Source: a virus (Duplodnaviria > Heunggongvirae > Uroviricota > Caudoviricetes). Taken from it: 39,818 nt of DNA. Location: the IMG/VR virus record IMGVR_UViG_2734482548_000013; one strand, 5' to 3'. The translations under genes and the position numbers were made by a program. How positions within the stretch are numbered: position 1 is the first letter of the stretch; each line of letters opens with the position of its first letter. The notes under the pieces are model-generated. The model did not search any database. It was given only the letters and a program-made list of their open reading frames with translations, and was not told the DNA's origin. Shown in pieces: positions 10,565 through 19,407 of this stretch.

Positions 10565-11326
10565 ATGGAGACTGTTTTTGACGCACTGAAAGCAATGGGA
10601 AAAGCCACATCCATAGAACTTGCTGCGCGACTTGATATCAGTCGTGAAGAAGTGCTGAACGAACTATGGGAACTGAAAAAAGCTGGTTTCGTTGATAAAA
10701 GCGCGTACACCTGGCGTGTGGCTGATAACAACGTTCAGCAGGAACAGCCAATGCAGGCAGAACTGCCGGAAGAAACCACCACGGCAACTGTAGTGAAAAT
10801 CTCAGAGTGCGATTTAACCGCGACGATTGAACAACGCGGACCACAAACGGCGGATGAACTGGCTACGCTGTTCGGTACAACATCCCGCAAAGTTGCTTCA
10901 ACGCTGGCAATGGCAATCAGCAAAGGACGCCTGATTCGCGTAAACCAGAACAGTAAATTTCGTTACTGCATGCCGGGCGATAATTTACCAGCAGAGCCGA
11001 AAGCTGCATCGGTAGCGGAAACTGATGGTAAAGCCTTTCCTCAGCCAGCCGGTGTTGCGTTACCAGTACAGGAAGCGGCAACACAGGAAGATATTAAAAC
11101 AGAAACTGTGGCGGACATTGTGCAGTCGCTGCCATCGTTTACTGAAACGCAAGCGGATGACCTAGTTTTACCATCGCTGCATATGGCAAACCGCGAACTG
11201 CGTCGGGCGAAAAATCATGTCCAGAAGTGGGAGCGAGTCTGCGCCGCGCTGCGGGAGCTGAACAAGCACCGGGATATTGTCCGACAGATTGTCGATTCCT
11301 CCAGTCGTATTGTGTCGGAAAAGTGA
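10565..11326 (+). CDS. YdaW-like protein, apparently intact (N-terminal winged-helix-like region)
   Basis: Start at [13 protein letters not shown] with GGGAGG SD; continuous ORF; the K-12 ydaW is a truncated remnant as I recall. Confidence 0.5.
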   Translation: METVFDALKAMGKATSIELAARLDISREEVLNELWELKKAGFVDKSAYTWRVADNNVQQEQPMQAELPEETTTATVVKISECDLTATIEQRGPQTADELATLFGTTSRKVASTLAMAISKGRLIRVNQNSKFRYCMPGDNLPAEPKAASVAETDGKAFPQPAGVALPVQEAATQEDIKTETVADIVQSLPSFTETQADDLVLPSLHMANRELRRAKNHVQKWERVCAALRELNKHRDIVRQIVDSSSRIVSEK

Positions 11327-11341
11327 TTGCCGGAGGCGCTT

Positions 11342-11758
11342 ATGGCAAAAGTTTTTACACAGGAAGAGCGTGAAAAAATTAAGGAGCAGGTTGTTGAGTT
11401 GGTACGCCAGAGTGGGCGCGAGACGTTAAGGCAACTGGAGGCCAAGACAGGTGCGACAAGATATCTGATGAGCATTCTTGCCAGAGAGTTGGTTGCCAGT
11501 GGCGATGTATACAACTCTGGCTATGGGTTATTCCCGTCTGAACAGGCTCGTAAGGATTGGAAAAACGCCCGCAAAAAACTATCCAGGGCAAAGGTGAAAA
11601 AAACGGTTGTGGTTGATCCTGACCTTATCTGGTCATTACCAGACGGAGAAATACGCCGCTATGACAGGCGTCAGAACATAATCTGTCGCGAGTGCCGGAA
11701 GAGTGAAGTTATGAAACGTGTACTGGCATTTTATCAAGGAAATCTTCGGTATTTATAG
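11342..11758 (+). CDS. Hypothetical phage protein
   Basis: ORF with GGAGG SD before ATG at 11342; basic C-terminus with CRECRK; no family recognised. Confidence 0.45.
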   Translation: MAKVFTQEEREKIKEQVVELVRQSGRETLRQLEAKTGATRYLMSILARELVASGDVYNSGYGLFPSEQARKDWKNARKKLSRAKVKKTVVVDPDLIWSLPDGEIRRYDRRQNIICRECRKSEVMKRVLAFYQGNLRYL

Positions 11759-11914
11759 ACGTTACTAGATCAAAGAGCATTAGTTCATATGTAAATTGAC
11801 ATTTTTCTGGCACAGGGGAGAGCTAGCGTGGTTGTCCGCTTTGTGCCAATAGCGGACATTGCTGGCTCATGGTATGTTAGTTTAAGGAGGCAGGTTATGC
11901 CCTGTATTTCGCTG

Positions 11915-11923
11915 TGGTATAAT
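11915..11923 (+). promoter_or_regulatory. Extended -10 element TGgTATAAT, candidate promoter for the low-GC cassette
   Basis: Exact TATAAT with upstream TG seen in sequence about 34 nt before the GTG start and 18 nt before the AAGGGAG SD. Confidence 0.4.
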
Positions 11924-11956
11924 AGTTGCGCAATTGATACAAGGGAGCGTTACATC

Positions 11957-12919
11957 GTGAAAATTGTTTTCGAGGTTAATGGAAAGAAAGTTCCACTAAA
12001 ATCTTTAAAATACATAAGCAAAAAAGATCAACTCGAAGTAATGAAAAACTGGTTCTTTGAAAACTTTGAAGATCCGGCAAATGCTTGTCCGTATGAAAGT
12101 AGAGAAGGTGGCTATGCTTACATATATGGCGGGCCGTATGATGCGAGCGAAGAACTACAATCCATCTTCGGTCAATATGTTAAATCTGAGTATATTGAGG
12201 AATTAGTAGATGAATTACAAACACAATGTTTTGACTGGTCTGGAAACTCAAATAATATAGATGATTGGTACGATGATGATATCTACGACGCTGTAACGTC
12301 TTCCGGTAATCCGTATTTAAAATTCATTGATAATATCGATAAAATAAAAAAACTTGCAAAAGATAAAACTGAACAACAGCAAAAAAACCACTTGCTTAGT
12401 TTGCTCTACACGAATGTTATTACAGCTTTGGAAACGCTTTATGTTGAGCTATTCATTAATTCTATAGAGAAAGATGATGTCTACATAGCCAATTGTATAG
12501 AAAAAGGTAAGACTGAATTTAAAGTAAGCAAAGATATTGCTGCGTTGCCTTTCAAGGGTGAACCCATCGAGAAAATTAGGGGAGAGCTAATCAGGTCAAT
12601 CAAGGAACACTTGATCAGTGCAAGCTGGCATAGCACTAAAAAGGTAATCGACCGCTATGAAGCTACATTCGATATAAAAGTACAAAAAGACTGTCCGATA
12701 GAAGCTATTGAATTGGCAACCCTCAATCGAAATCACTTAGTGCATCGTGGTGGAAAGGATAAAGAAGGGAACCTCGTAGTGATTACAGACCAGGATCTTG
12801 AAACGCTGATTGAAAATGCATCGAACCTGGCAATTATGCTCTACAACAGTTTAAATGTAGCAACGAATAAAACCACCATTTTGCAACCAGATGACAAACC
12901 GTTCATTCATGAATTTTAA
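11957..12919 (+). CDS. Unknown protein A of the low-GC two-gene cassette (about 320 aa); family not recognised; possible HEPN-like R-x4-H (NRNHLVHRGG)
   Basis: Long ORF in strongly AT-rich DNA (14 of 60 G+C on the line starting 12301); GTG start at 11957 after an AAGGGAG SD; alternative ATG at 11897 after AAGGAGG; the track start 11828 is probably an upstream read-through. Confidence 0.6.
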   Translation: MKIVFEVNGKKVPLKSLKYISKKDQLEVMKNWFFENFEDPANACPYESREGGYAYIYGGPYDASEELQSIFGQYVKSEYIEELVDELQTQCFDWSGNSNNIDDWYDDDIYDAVTSSGNPYLKFIDNIDKIKKLAKDKTEQQQKNHLLSLLYTNVITALETLYVELFINSIEKDDVYIANCIEKGKTEFKVSKDIAALPFKGEPIEKIRGELIRSIKEHLISASWHSTKKVIDRYEATFDIKVQKDCPIEAIELATLNRNHLVHRGGKDKEGNLVVITDQDLETLIENASNLAIMLYNSLNVATNKTTILQPDDKPFIHEF

Positions 12920-12934
12920 TAGCGCAGGTCATAC

Positions 12935-13936
12935 ATGGATATTCGCACACGAAAGACAAAATTTTTAGAGTCGTTAGATTCAACTGAAGTGATACGCAAA
13001 GCAGTAAGTCTCGCTATAGATTGCATTATTGATAATCATAATAGTAATGAAGATACCCCCTTAGTTATTACCAGCTATGATGATCTCTGTAGAATCCAGG
13101 TGCTAAATTATGTACAGGAGTTTTGCGAAGCTGCATTCCCTGATATGGATGAATATTACTTTAGTCCTAACATACTTCGCATCAACGGCAAGACTAGTGA
13201 AGAAGCTTGTATTAACTTAATTAAACTCTTAAGAAGTACAAAAGGCATGCTATTCTGGTCCGATGCCCCATCGTGGTTCGCTAGCCTCCCCGACGGATTA
13301 TTCCATGTTGTTAACATTGATCAAAAAATCGTTACTCGCGGCCTTAATAAGAAAAACTCTAAGCCGACAATAATCAATAAAGATTACAGTGTAGATACAC
13401 TACTATCAGAGCTATTTTTGAATGGCGCACACATGGAGCAACCCAACGTACACAACGTTTCTGAGGGAAACATGAAGTTCTATGATGAATGCCATGCTGG
13501 ATTAATCAGACCAATACCCGCTCCAATAGGCGCGTCATACGATGAAGAGATCACAATTAATTCTCCAGATTGGCAAAAGCTCGCGTGTGTAGCTTTACGC
13601 CGCTATCAGTCGAAGGAATGTCATGACGGAATGCAATGGGATACAACCGATCATGGTTGGACTGATGTAATCGCGTATCCATTCGTCGAAGAAATACAAT
13701 CAATGGATAATAGTGGTTATCGACAATGTTTAGTTGGGCTGGTCACAATAAACAATTCAAATGCAAATTCTCCGTACCTATCTACCGTTTGGATACATCC
13801 ATTTTATCGCAGGAGAGGGTTATTAAGTAAGTTATGGCCAAAATTACAAGAGTTATATGGAAGTAACTTCGAAATTGAGCGACCTAATGAAAATATGAAA
13901 GCATTTCTGAAAAGTGCGAAACACGCAGATTACTAA
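12935..13936 (+). CDS. Unknown protein B of the low-GC cassette (333 aa) with a C-terminal GNAT-like acyltransferase motif
   Basis: ATG 15 nt after the gene A stop (operon); C-terminal segment CLVGLVTINNS...VWIHPFYRRRGLLSKLWPKLQEL resembles GNAT motif A; AT-rich (18 of 60 G+C on the line starting 13021). Confidence 0.65.
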   Translation: MDIRTRKTKFLESLDSTEVIRKAVSLAIDCIIDNHNSNEDTPLVITSYDDLCRIQVLNYVQEFCEAAFPDMDEYYFSPNILRINGKTSEEACINLIKLLRSTKGMLFWSDAPSWFASLPDGLFHVVNIDQKIVTRGLNKKNSKPTIINKDYSVDTLLSELFLNGAHMEQPNVHNVSEGNMKFYDECHAGLIRPIPAPIGASYDEEITINSPDWQKLACVALRRYQSKECHDGMQWDTTDHGWTDVIAYPFVEEIQSMDNSGYRQCLVGLVTINNSNANSPYLSTVWIHPFYRRRGLLSKLWPKLQELYGSNFEIERPNENMKAFLKSAKHADY

Positions 13937-14490
13937 TTTATGAATCAGTCTGTGGAGTTAGGGTTGGTGTGAACAAGTAGGGTAAGAGCCTCAACGTGAT
14001 GCTATGCCGACCTGCTCCCTGAGAATTCACACAGAAGGCTGCTAGCAATGTCTGCAGATCGCTCAAAGCGGACTAAAATGTTGGCTTGTTTCTGACTTAG
14101 AGCATTTAAGGAAGTGCTGGTGGTGACTGGTTGTTGTGTTCCATTTCTACAGAATAAAATCACAGAAACTATACCCAATAGTTGTATTGAATCACTGACG
14201 AGACAGCCTCATATTTATCAGGACTGGTGTGCGTCTAATACAGGGGGTTGTCGTGCTGGTTCTCAAATGTGCGCTGGCTATTGCGGCTGTAATGGCAATT
14301 TATTGTCTTGCTGTTGTTCTTATGGAGCGGCTTTCTGATTGATTACATACTGGCTAGAAAAAAGGTGTTACCTTGGTTTATCTTTGTCCGGCAAGGTGCG
14401 CTCATTAATCTTAAGTAAATTTATTGCTCAAGTATTCAGATTACTTCTTATGGTTGAAGTCTCCTGTCAATGTAGAACCAATATATTTAC

Positions 14491-14528
14491 AAAAATGAGA
14501 CCCGTCGGGGATAGCCCTGCCGGGTCTG
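14491..14528 (-). terminator. Rho-independent terminator downstream of the yeaR-like gene
   Basis: GAGACCCG ... CGGGTCT stem with inner GGGG/CCC pairing, followed on the minus strand by a U-run. Confidence 0.5.
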
Positions 14529-14556
14529 ACTGTTAAAGCATTTTTAATATGATCAT

Positions 14557-14895
14557 CTATTTTTTGGTGCTATAGACTTTTTCGCCCGAAAAGTCTGGAG
14601 CGACCCAAAAGTTAATATTAAACTGAGCATCATCGCTTAGTTCAACACGGTGCCAGTATTGTGGTGGGCTTGTTGCAAAAGCGCCAGCATTAATGACTAC
14701 TTTTATCTCCGGTTCAGTAGCATTCTCATCAGTAAAACCATAATATGTTACAGTGCCTTCCATTACGCACAACTGCCCAAAAACACCTGCTGCTGTATTA
14801 TGATGTGTTAATAACGCTGAAGGTACGTTCTCTTTTGTGAAGAACGGAGTTGAGCGTTTGATTACCCAATCTTTAGGAATTCTCTTGTGTGTCAT
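14557..14895 (-). CDS. YeaR-like DUF1971 protein
   Basis: Start at MTHKRIPKDWVIKRSTPFFTKENVP with GGAGGAGG SD; resemblance to E. coli YeaR (RSTPFW..., FNIDFFV motifs) recalled from memory; opposite strand to the flanking phage genes. Confidence 0.6.
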   Translation of the reverse strand: MTHKRIPKDWVIKRSTPFFTKENVPSALLTHHNTAAGVFGQLCVMEGTVTYYGFTDENATEPEIKVVINAGAFATSPPQYWHRVELSDDAQFNINFWVAPDFSGEKVYSTKK

Positions 14896-15708
14896 AACCA
14901 CCTCCTCCAAAACATGCATTAAAAATGCATCTTTTGGAGGGTTATGTCAAGCTGTTATGAAACACATAATTGATATGTTGATTAGAGGAGAAGATAGAAT
15001 AAATATGGTTGTTTTTCGTATAACTATTTGTTTTACTTTTAGTTTATGCATTCTGTGTGTTAGGAATAAGTTATTAAAGTTTAATCAAAAAATCTCGATG
15101 TAGTCCACATAGATTACTGTTACTGAACCTTATTGTGTGTATTAGTTGTGTTCTGAAATTTCAGCTTAATTATTTATGATGTATTTTTTAACGATAAATA
15201 TTTTCCCAGGATACCTTTACTGTGTATATAAATAAATTATATACGCATAAATAATGTAAAGGCGTCCTTTTAGATATATCTTATCAAATGTTAATGACTT
15301 GAGTGGGAAATATGATTCCAGCAACTTATCATGTGGCTACTTTATAAAAATAATGCCCATATAAAACAACAAGCGAAAAGGATTACGGATAAAAAAGGAG
15401 CGAGATGTGCGAACTTGTTATTTTCCATGTTTAACCACCTTAAATAATTGATGATGACGGGATGATTGCATCTGTAATGCTTTTATTGAAATGTTATGAT
15501 AAAAAAGAACTTTTGCATAACATTAAAATGTAATTTATCTAATCGTTTTTAATAATAAGTGTCGTATTTCTATCCTTGTACCAGCTATTTGATATGTAGT
15601 GTTTGTTCATGCTATGTGGGGCTTTACACCATAGCCAGTTTATTTATACTTTATTCGTCAGCCTGAACAACTGGCATCTGCTGCGCTGCGCCATCGAGAG
15701 ATTGAGAA

Positions 15709-16308
15709 ATGGCGCATATACAACTGGTCAAACAAACCTCTTCTGGTTTACTTCTCCCGGCGACGCCGGAGAGTTGCGATTTTCTGCATCAAATCAAAAT
15801 AGGTGAGTGGATACACGCAGACTTTAAGCGTGTGCGTAACTACGCATTCCACAAGCGTTTTTTCAAACTCCTGCAACTGGGATTCGATTACTGGACTCCG
15901 GTCGGTGGGGCGATCACGCCTCGCGAACGAGAACTGCTGTCTGGTTTCGTTGATTACCTGTGCGAATCAGTTGGTCGGGAACACACGCCAGCCCTGAGTG
16001 ATGCCGCAGAGCAATACCTTAACACCGTTGCGACTCGTAGAACCCGGGATACGGCGTTGCTAAAGTCGTTTGAGGCTTTCCGCGAGTGGGTAACCATTCA
16101 GGCCGGATTTTACACCGAGCATATTTATCCGGACGGTAGCCGTGGGCGTCGGGCAAAATCCATCGCTTTTGCGAATATGGACGAAGTCGAGTTTCAGCAG
16201 GTTTATAAATCTGTACTGAATGTGCTGTGGAACTGGATTCTGTTCCGTAAATTCTCCTCTCAGGAGGAAGTTGAAAATGTGGCCGCACAACTACTGGAGT
16301 TTGCGTAA
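15709..16308 (+). CDS. Conserved lambdoid nin-region protein (DUF1367-like, tentative)
   Basis: 199-aa ORF directly upstream of, and overlapping, the YbcO-like gene; family name from memory only. Confidence 0.5.
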   Translation: MAHIQLVKQTSSGLLLPATPESCDFLHQIKIGEWIHADFKRVRNYAFHKRFFKLLQLGFDYWTPVGGAITPRERELLSGFVDYLCESVGREHTPALSDAAEQYLNTVATRRTRDTALLKSFEAFREWVTIQAGFYTEHIYPDGSRGRRAKSIAFANMDEVEFQQVYKSVLNVLWNWILFRKFSSQEEVENVAAQLLEFA

Positions 16309-16598
16309 TGGTGAATTTACGTAAAGCGGCTAAAGGCCAGATGTGCCAGATCAGAATCCCTGGCTACTGCAATCACAATCCCGAAACCTCTGTGCTGGCG
16401 CATTACAGGCTGGCGGGGACGTGCGGAACAGCGACAAAACCACATGATATGCAGGCGGCGATAGCCTGTAGCTCATGCCACGATCTAATCGACGGGCGGG
16501 TAAAAACCAGCGATTACACCAAAGAAGAATTGCGCCTGATGCATGCTGAAGGGGTTTTTCGCACACAAGAAATCTGGAGAAAGAAAGGTCATTTATGA
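16308..16598 (+). CDS. YbcO-like DUF1364 putative nuclease (Cys/His-rich)
   Basis: 96 aa with CQIRIPGYCNHNPETSVLAHYRLAG...ACSSCHDLID metal-binding pattern; ATG overlaps the upstream stop. Confidence 0.55.
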   Translation: MVNLRKAAKGQMCQIRIPGYCNHNPETSVLAHYRLAGTCGTATKPHDMQAAIACSSCHDLIDGRVKTSDYTKEELRLMHAEGVFRTQEIWRKKGHL

Positions 16599-17137
16599 TT
16601 TACCCAACGAATACAGGAAAAAGCGGAGAACACCTTCGCCTCACCACGCTGGAAAGTGTCTGGATTCAGGGAAAACTACGTATGTGGGGGCGCTGGTCGT
16701 ATATTGGCGGTGGCAGGTCAGGGAATATGTTCAATCAGTTGTTGGCATCCAAAAAACTGACGAAAACAGCCATTAATGAAGCCCTGCGCAGAATGAAAAA
16801 AGCGGGAATAGAGAAAGCTGAGCTGGAAGCGTTTTTGCGAGAGATGATCAACGGCAAGCAAAAGAGCTGGCTGGCGCATTGTACTGATGCAGAGGCGTTA
16901 TGTATTGATCGAGTCATAAGTGAGGTGCTGGCAGAGCATCCAGGATTGATTTGCATTCTCCGGCAACGCTATGAAGGGCGGGGGATGACTAAGCGCAAAA
17001 TGGCTGAATTGCTAAATGATGCACACCCAGAGTGGTGTTTTAGCACATGCGAAAAACGGATTGCTAATTGGTTAGCTGTTGCTGAGTATGCCCTATATAT
17101 TCCCATGCGTGAATCATTTGCTGAGAAAATGGCTTGA
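16595..17137 (+). CDS. Putative late-gene antiterminator (Q-like), assigned mainly by position
   Basis: 180-aa ORF that is the last gene before a strong intrinsic terminator and the lysis module; ATG overlaps the upstream stop. Confidence 0.45.
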   Translation: MIYPTNTGKSGEHLRLTTLESVWIQGKLRMWGRWSYIGGGRSGNMFNQLLASKKLTKTAINEALRRMKKAGIEKAELEAFLREMINGKQKSWLAHCTDAEALCIDRVISEVLAEHPGLICILRQRYEGRGMTKRKMAELLNDAHPEWCFSTCEKRIANWLAVAEYALYIPMRESFAEKMA

Positions 17138-17217
17138 TTTCTTACGTATAAACTGCTTCAATTTTGCTATGCTTCGCAAAGCTGTATCGCGAGGCGGATT
17201 GCAGACATGGACATCGT

Positions 17218-17246
17218 AAAAAAACCGCTTAATGCGGTTTTTTTAC
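17218..17246 (+). terminator. Intrinsic terminator (tR'-like) about 85 nt after the Q-like gene
   Basis: AAACCGC ttaat GCGGTTT hairpin followed by a T7 run. Confidence 0.7.
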
Positions 17247-17564
17247 GTCAGGAAAGCAGGGGAGAATGCTGCTAGTTGGGCAACTGGTCTTTCTGCTCCA
17301 AATTATAACAGAGACCAGTTATAGTTTCGGTGCTGTGTTTTTTTTACAATATTGTGATAACACATTGCTGGCGGGAGTTTTGATATTTCTTGGCAGGGGC
17401 TGATGATGCGTTATCCTGATGTCGTCAACTCATATAAAATGAGATGAGAGATCATTGCAGGGTGGTTTGTAATTCGCTGTTTAGCGGGACAATATGTTGT
17501 CTGATACAAGACACCCGACGCCTCAGATTACTATAATAAAGACGAAGCATCCTTTGTATTGACC

Positions 17565-17590
17565 AACCGCCTGTTTAGGCGGTTCTTTTT
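17565..17590 (+). terminator. Second intrinsic terminator
   Basis: AACCGCCT gttt AGGCGGTT hairpin followed by TTCTTTTT. Confidence 0.6.
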
Positions 17591-18122
17591 GGGCTGGTTT
17601 ATTGTATGCCAAATGATTATTAAAAAGGTTGTGTTAATAACAAGATCCGAAATAATATGCCTGCATATTTTTATCTTGCTTATATTCTGCATATTGTGCA
17701 TAGCAGGCTCATCCCTGCAATCAAAACTGTATGATGAGTATTTTTTGTTTTCCTTTTTTCCAGTCATCTGATGATGACCTGCTTCTTTTTAATCCGGATC
17801 GACATCAGTTTTTTAAGATAATTCCTGCGAGTTATATGCATAAATGCCACAAACTCCGCATTTTATGTGGTTGGGAGTTGCCGGGCGCGCAGTGAGTTTG
17901 CTAAGAAAACTCCTGCATGGTGAATCCCCCTGTGCGGTGGGGTGATACCATTAACCTTTTCTGTCGCCGACAGGTATCACGAACATTTTGTTCACCGGGA
18001 GGCACCCGGCACCATGCACTTCAATAGATTCTCTCCACATTATGGATATTCTTTCAGAATATCCCACGCAGACTTTGTGTAAATGTTAACAAATGTGCGT
18101 TTTATTTGATCTGATTCGCTGT

Positions 18123-18152
18123 TTGAGCGTCCAAAACAACGGTATATATAAT
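18123..18152 (+). promoter_or_regulatory. Candidate sigma-70 promoter for the lipoprotein moron
   Basis: TTGAGC, 18-nt spacer, TATAAT, about 30 nt upstream of the ATG at 18182. Confidence 0.45.
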
Positions 18153-18181
18153 CCTTTACTATATGACATATGTGAGGAAAA

Positions 18182-18610
18182 ATGGGTTTTCGTAGCGCAT
18201 CAATTCTTACGTTGATTATTAGTGGGATTATTATCGGGTGCACTGATGCTGTATCGACAAATTATCATGACCGTACATCATATTACTCCGATAAAGCAAT
18301 AGAGACACAGTATGTGAGTTCATCTGAACGTACTTCTGATGTTAGTGAGGATATCCGTCTGTATGCCCATCAAATCAAGAGCGCCATCGAAAAACAGTTC
18401 GGGGATGCGAGTAAGTATTCAGGAAAAGAGTGTACACTGAGAATGCATATGGCCCCGAATGGCCTTCTACTGGAGGTTAAAAGAGAAAGTGGAGACCTCG
18501 ATTTATGTCGTGAAGCGATGAATGCGATAAAGAATGCTGATATACCTGCCCCCCCTTCGCCGGAAGTATATAAAGTATTTCAAAATGGGGTGCTGGATTT
18601 TAAACCCTGA
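18182..18610 (+). CDS. Lipoprotein with a TolA domain III-like C-terminus
   Basis: Signal peptide plus lipobox IIGC; C-terminal segment YAHQIKSAIEKQFGDASKYSGKECTLRMHMAPNGLLLEVKRESGDLDLCREAMNAIKNADIPAPPSPEVYKVFQNGVLDFKP aligns closely with the TolA C-terminus (...CTLRIKLAPDGMLLDIKPEGGDPALC...AVYEVFKNAPLDFKP) as remembered. Confidence 0.75.
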   Translation: MGFRSASILTLIISGIIIGCTDAVSTNYHDRTSYYSDKAIETQYVSSSERTSDVSEDIRLYAHQIKSAIEKQFGDASKYSGKECTLRMHMAPNGLLLEVKRESGDLDLCREAMNAIKNADIPAPPSPEVYKVFQNGVLDFKP

Positions 18611-18760
18611 TATTTATTGTTTTGTAATAAACGGTTTCGGCTTAGGTTTGTTCTGACACAGCTACGGCACTGAGCTAAATTTAGCGGATAGTCAGCTCTG
18701 AGCCAGTGGCGGACGTAACAACTACTATTGCTGAGATTTTAATGGATTGAGGAGCAAGAA

Positions 18761-19156
18761 GTGGGATTAAAGAAAATCGTTATGTTGACTTTTTGGGTCG
18801 GTTTTGTTGCGGGATGCACACCTTTACACCCTTCAGATTGCCACAAAACTACTGCTACAGGTAGTTGCAGTTCAGGACGCTGGGATGATCAGGATGAATG
18901 GGGGGCGCAAGCGCGGGGAATCAGAGCTGCAATTAATGCCAAACTTGATGAGCCGCATAACTGGAAAGGGAAAAAATGCAGGTTGCATATGGAATTCTCT
19001 CAGGATGGCACGGCGTTAAAAATATCTACCAGTAACGGTGATAAAGCCTATTGCGAAGCGATAAAGTCCGCAGCTCATAAAGCCAAATTTCCGGCCTTCA
19101 ACAATCCGGAAGTCTACAGAGATTTTCAGAAATCTGGCTTTGACATGCGAGGTTAG
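18761..19156 (+). CDS. Second, more divergent TolA domain III-like lipoprotein (paralog)
   Basis: GTG start after GAGGAG SD; lipobox VAGC; C-terminus KKCRLHMEFSQDGTALKISTSNGDKAYCEAIKSAAHKAKFPAFNNPEVYRDFQKSGFDMRG shares the two-Cys and PEVY pattern with the upstream gene. Confidence 0.6.
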   Translation: MGLKKIVMLTFWVGFVAGCTPLHPSDCHKTTATGSCSSGRWDDQDEWGAQARGIRAAINAKLDEPHNWKGKKCRLHMEFSQDGTALKISTSNGDKAYCEAIKSAAHKAKFPAFNNPEVYRDFQKSGFDMRG

Positions 19157-19281
19157 CTCTTCAATTACTATATCTCATTCATAGCAAACTGACAGATTTG
19201 ATGATGTTCTATATACGAAACCTGTGATGTCAAGTCTGAGCTAATACAAATAAACATAATATCAGAGAAATACATTTTATT

Positions 19282-19304
19282 AGCTCGCTACGGCGAGCTT
19301 TTTA
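19282..19304 (+). terminator. Intrinsic terminator closing the lipoprotein moron
   Basis: AGCTCGC tacg GCGAGCT hairpin followed by TTTTTAT. Confidence 0.65.
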
Positions 19305-19407
19305 TATTGCATCGTCTCCAGCATATATATCAATTAAGGCTCTGATTGATGTGTCTGAAAGCCTACACATAATAACTATGCCATCCGTTCCGTGCGGAGG
19401 TGAGGCT

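Noticed and set aside
11828-11956. Upstream extension of cassette gene A to the track start at 11828
   Set aside because: This segment contains the extended -10 element and a leader hairpin and has ordinary GC content; it reads as promoter/leader rather than coding. The ATG at 11897 after AAGGAGG remains a possible alternative start.
14114-14338. 74-aa cysteine-rich ORF (CAGYCGCNGNLLSCCCS)
   Set aside because: GTG start sits immediately against the SD-like sequence with no spacer. The cysteine richness comes from TGC/TGT-rich DNA, and an alternative frame gives a more gene-like hydrophobic peptide (reported separately as low-confidence).
17531-17771. Overlapping 78-aa (minus) and 70-aa (plus) ORFs in the stretch after the Q-like gene
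   Set aside because: They overlap each other on opposite strands in AT-rich DNA, have no SD, and one begins inside a terminator hairpin; more likely non-coding.
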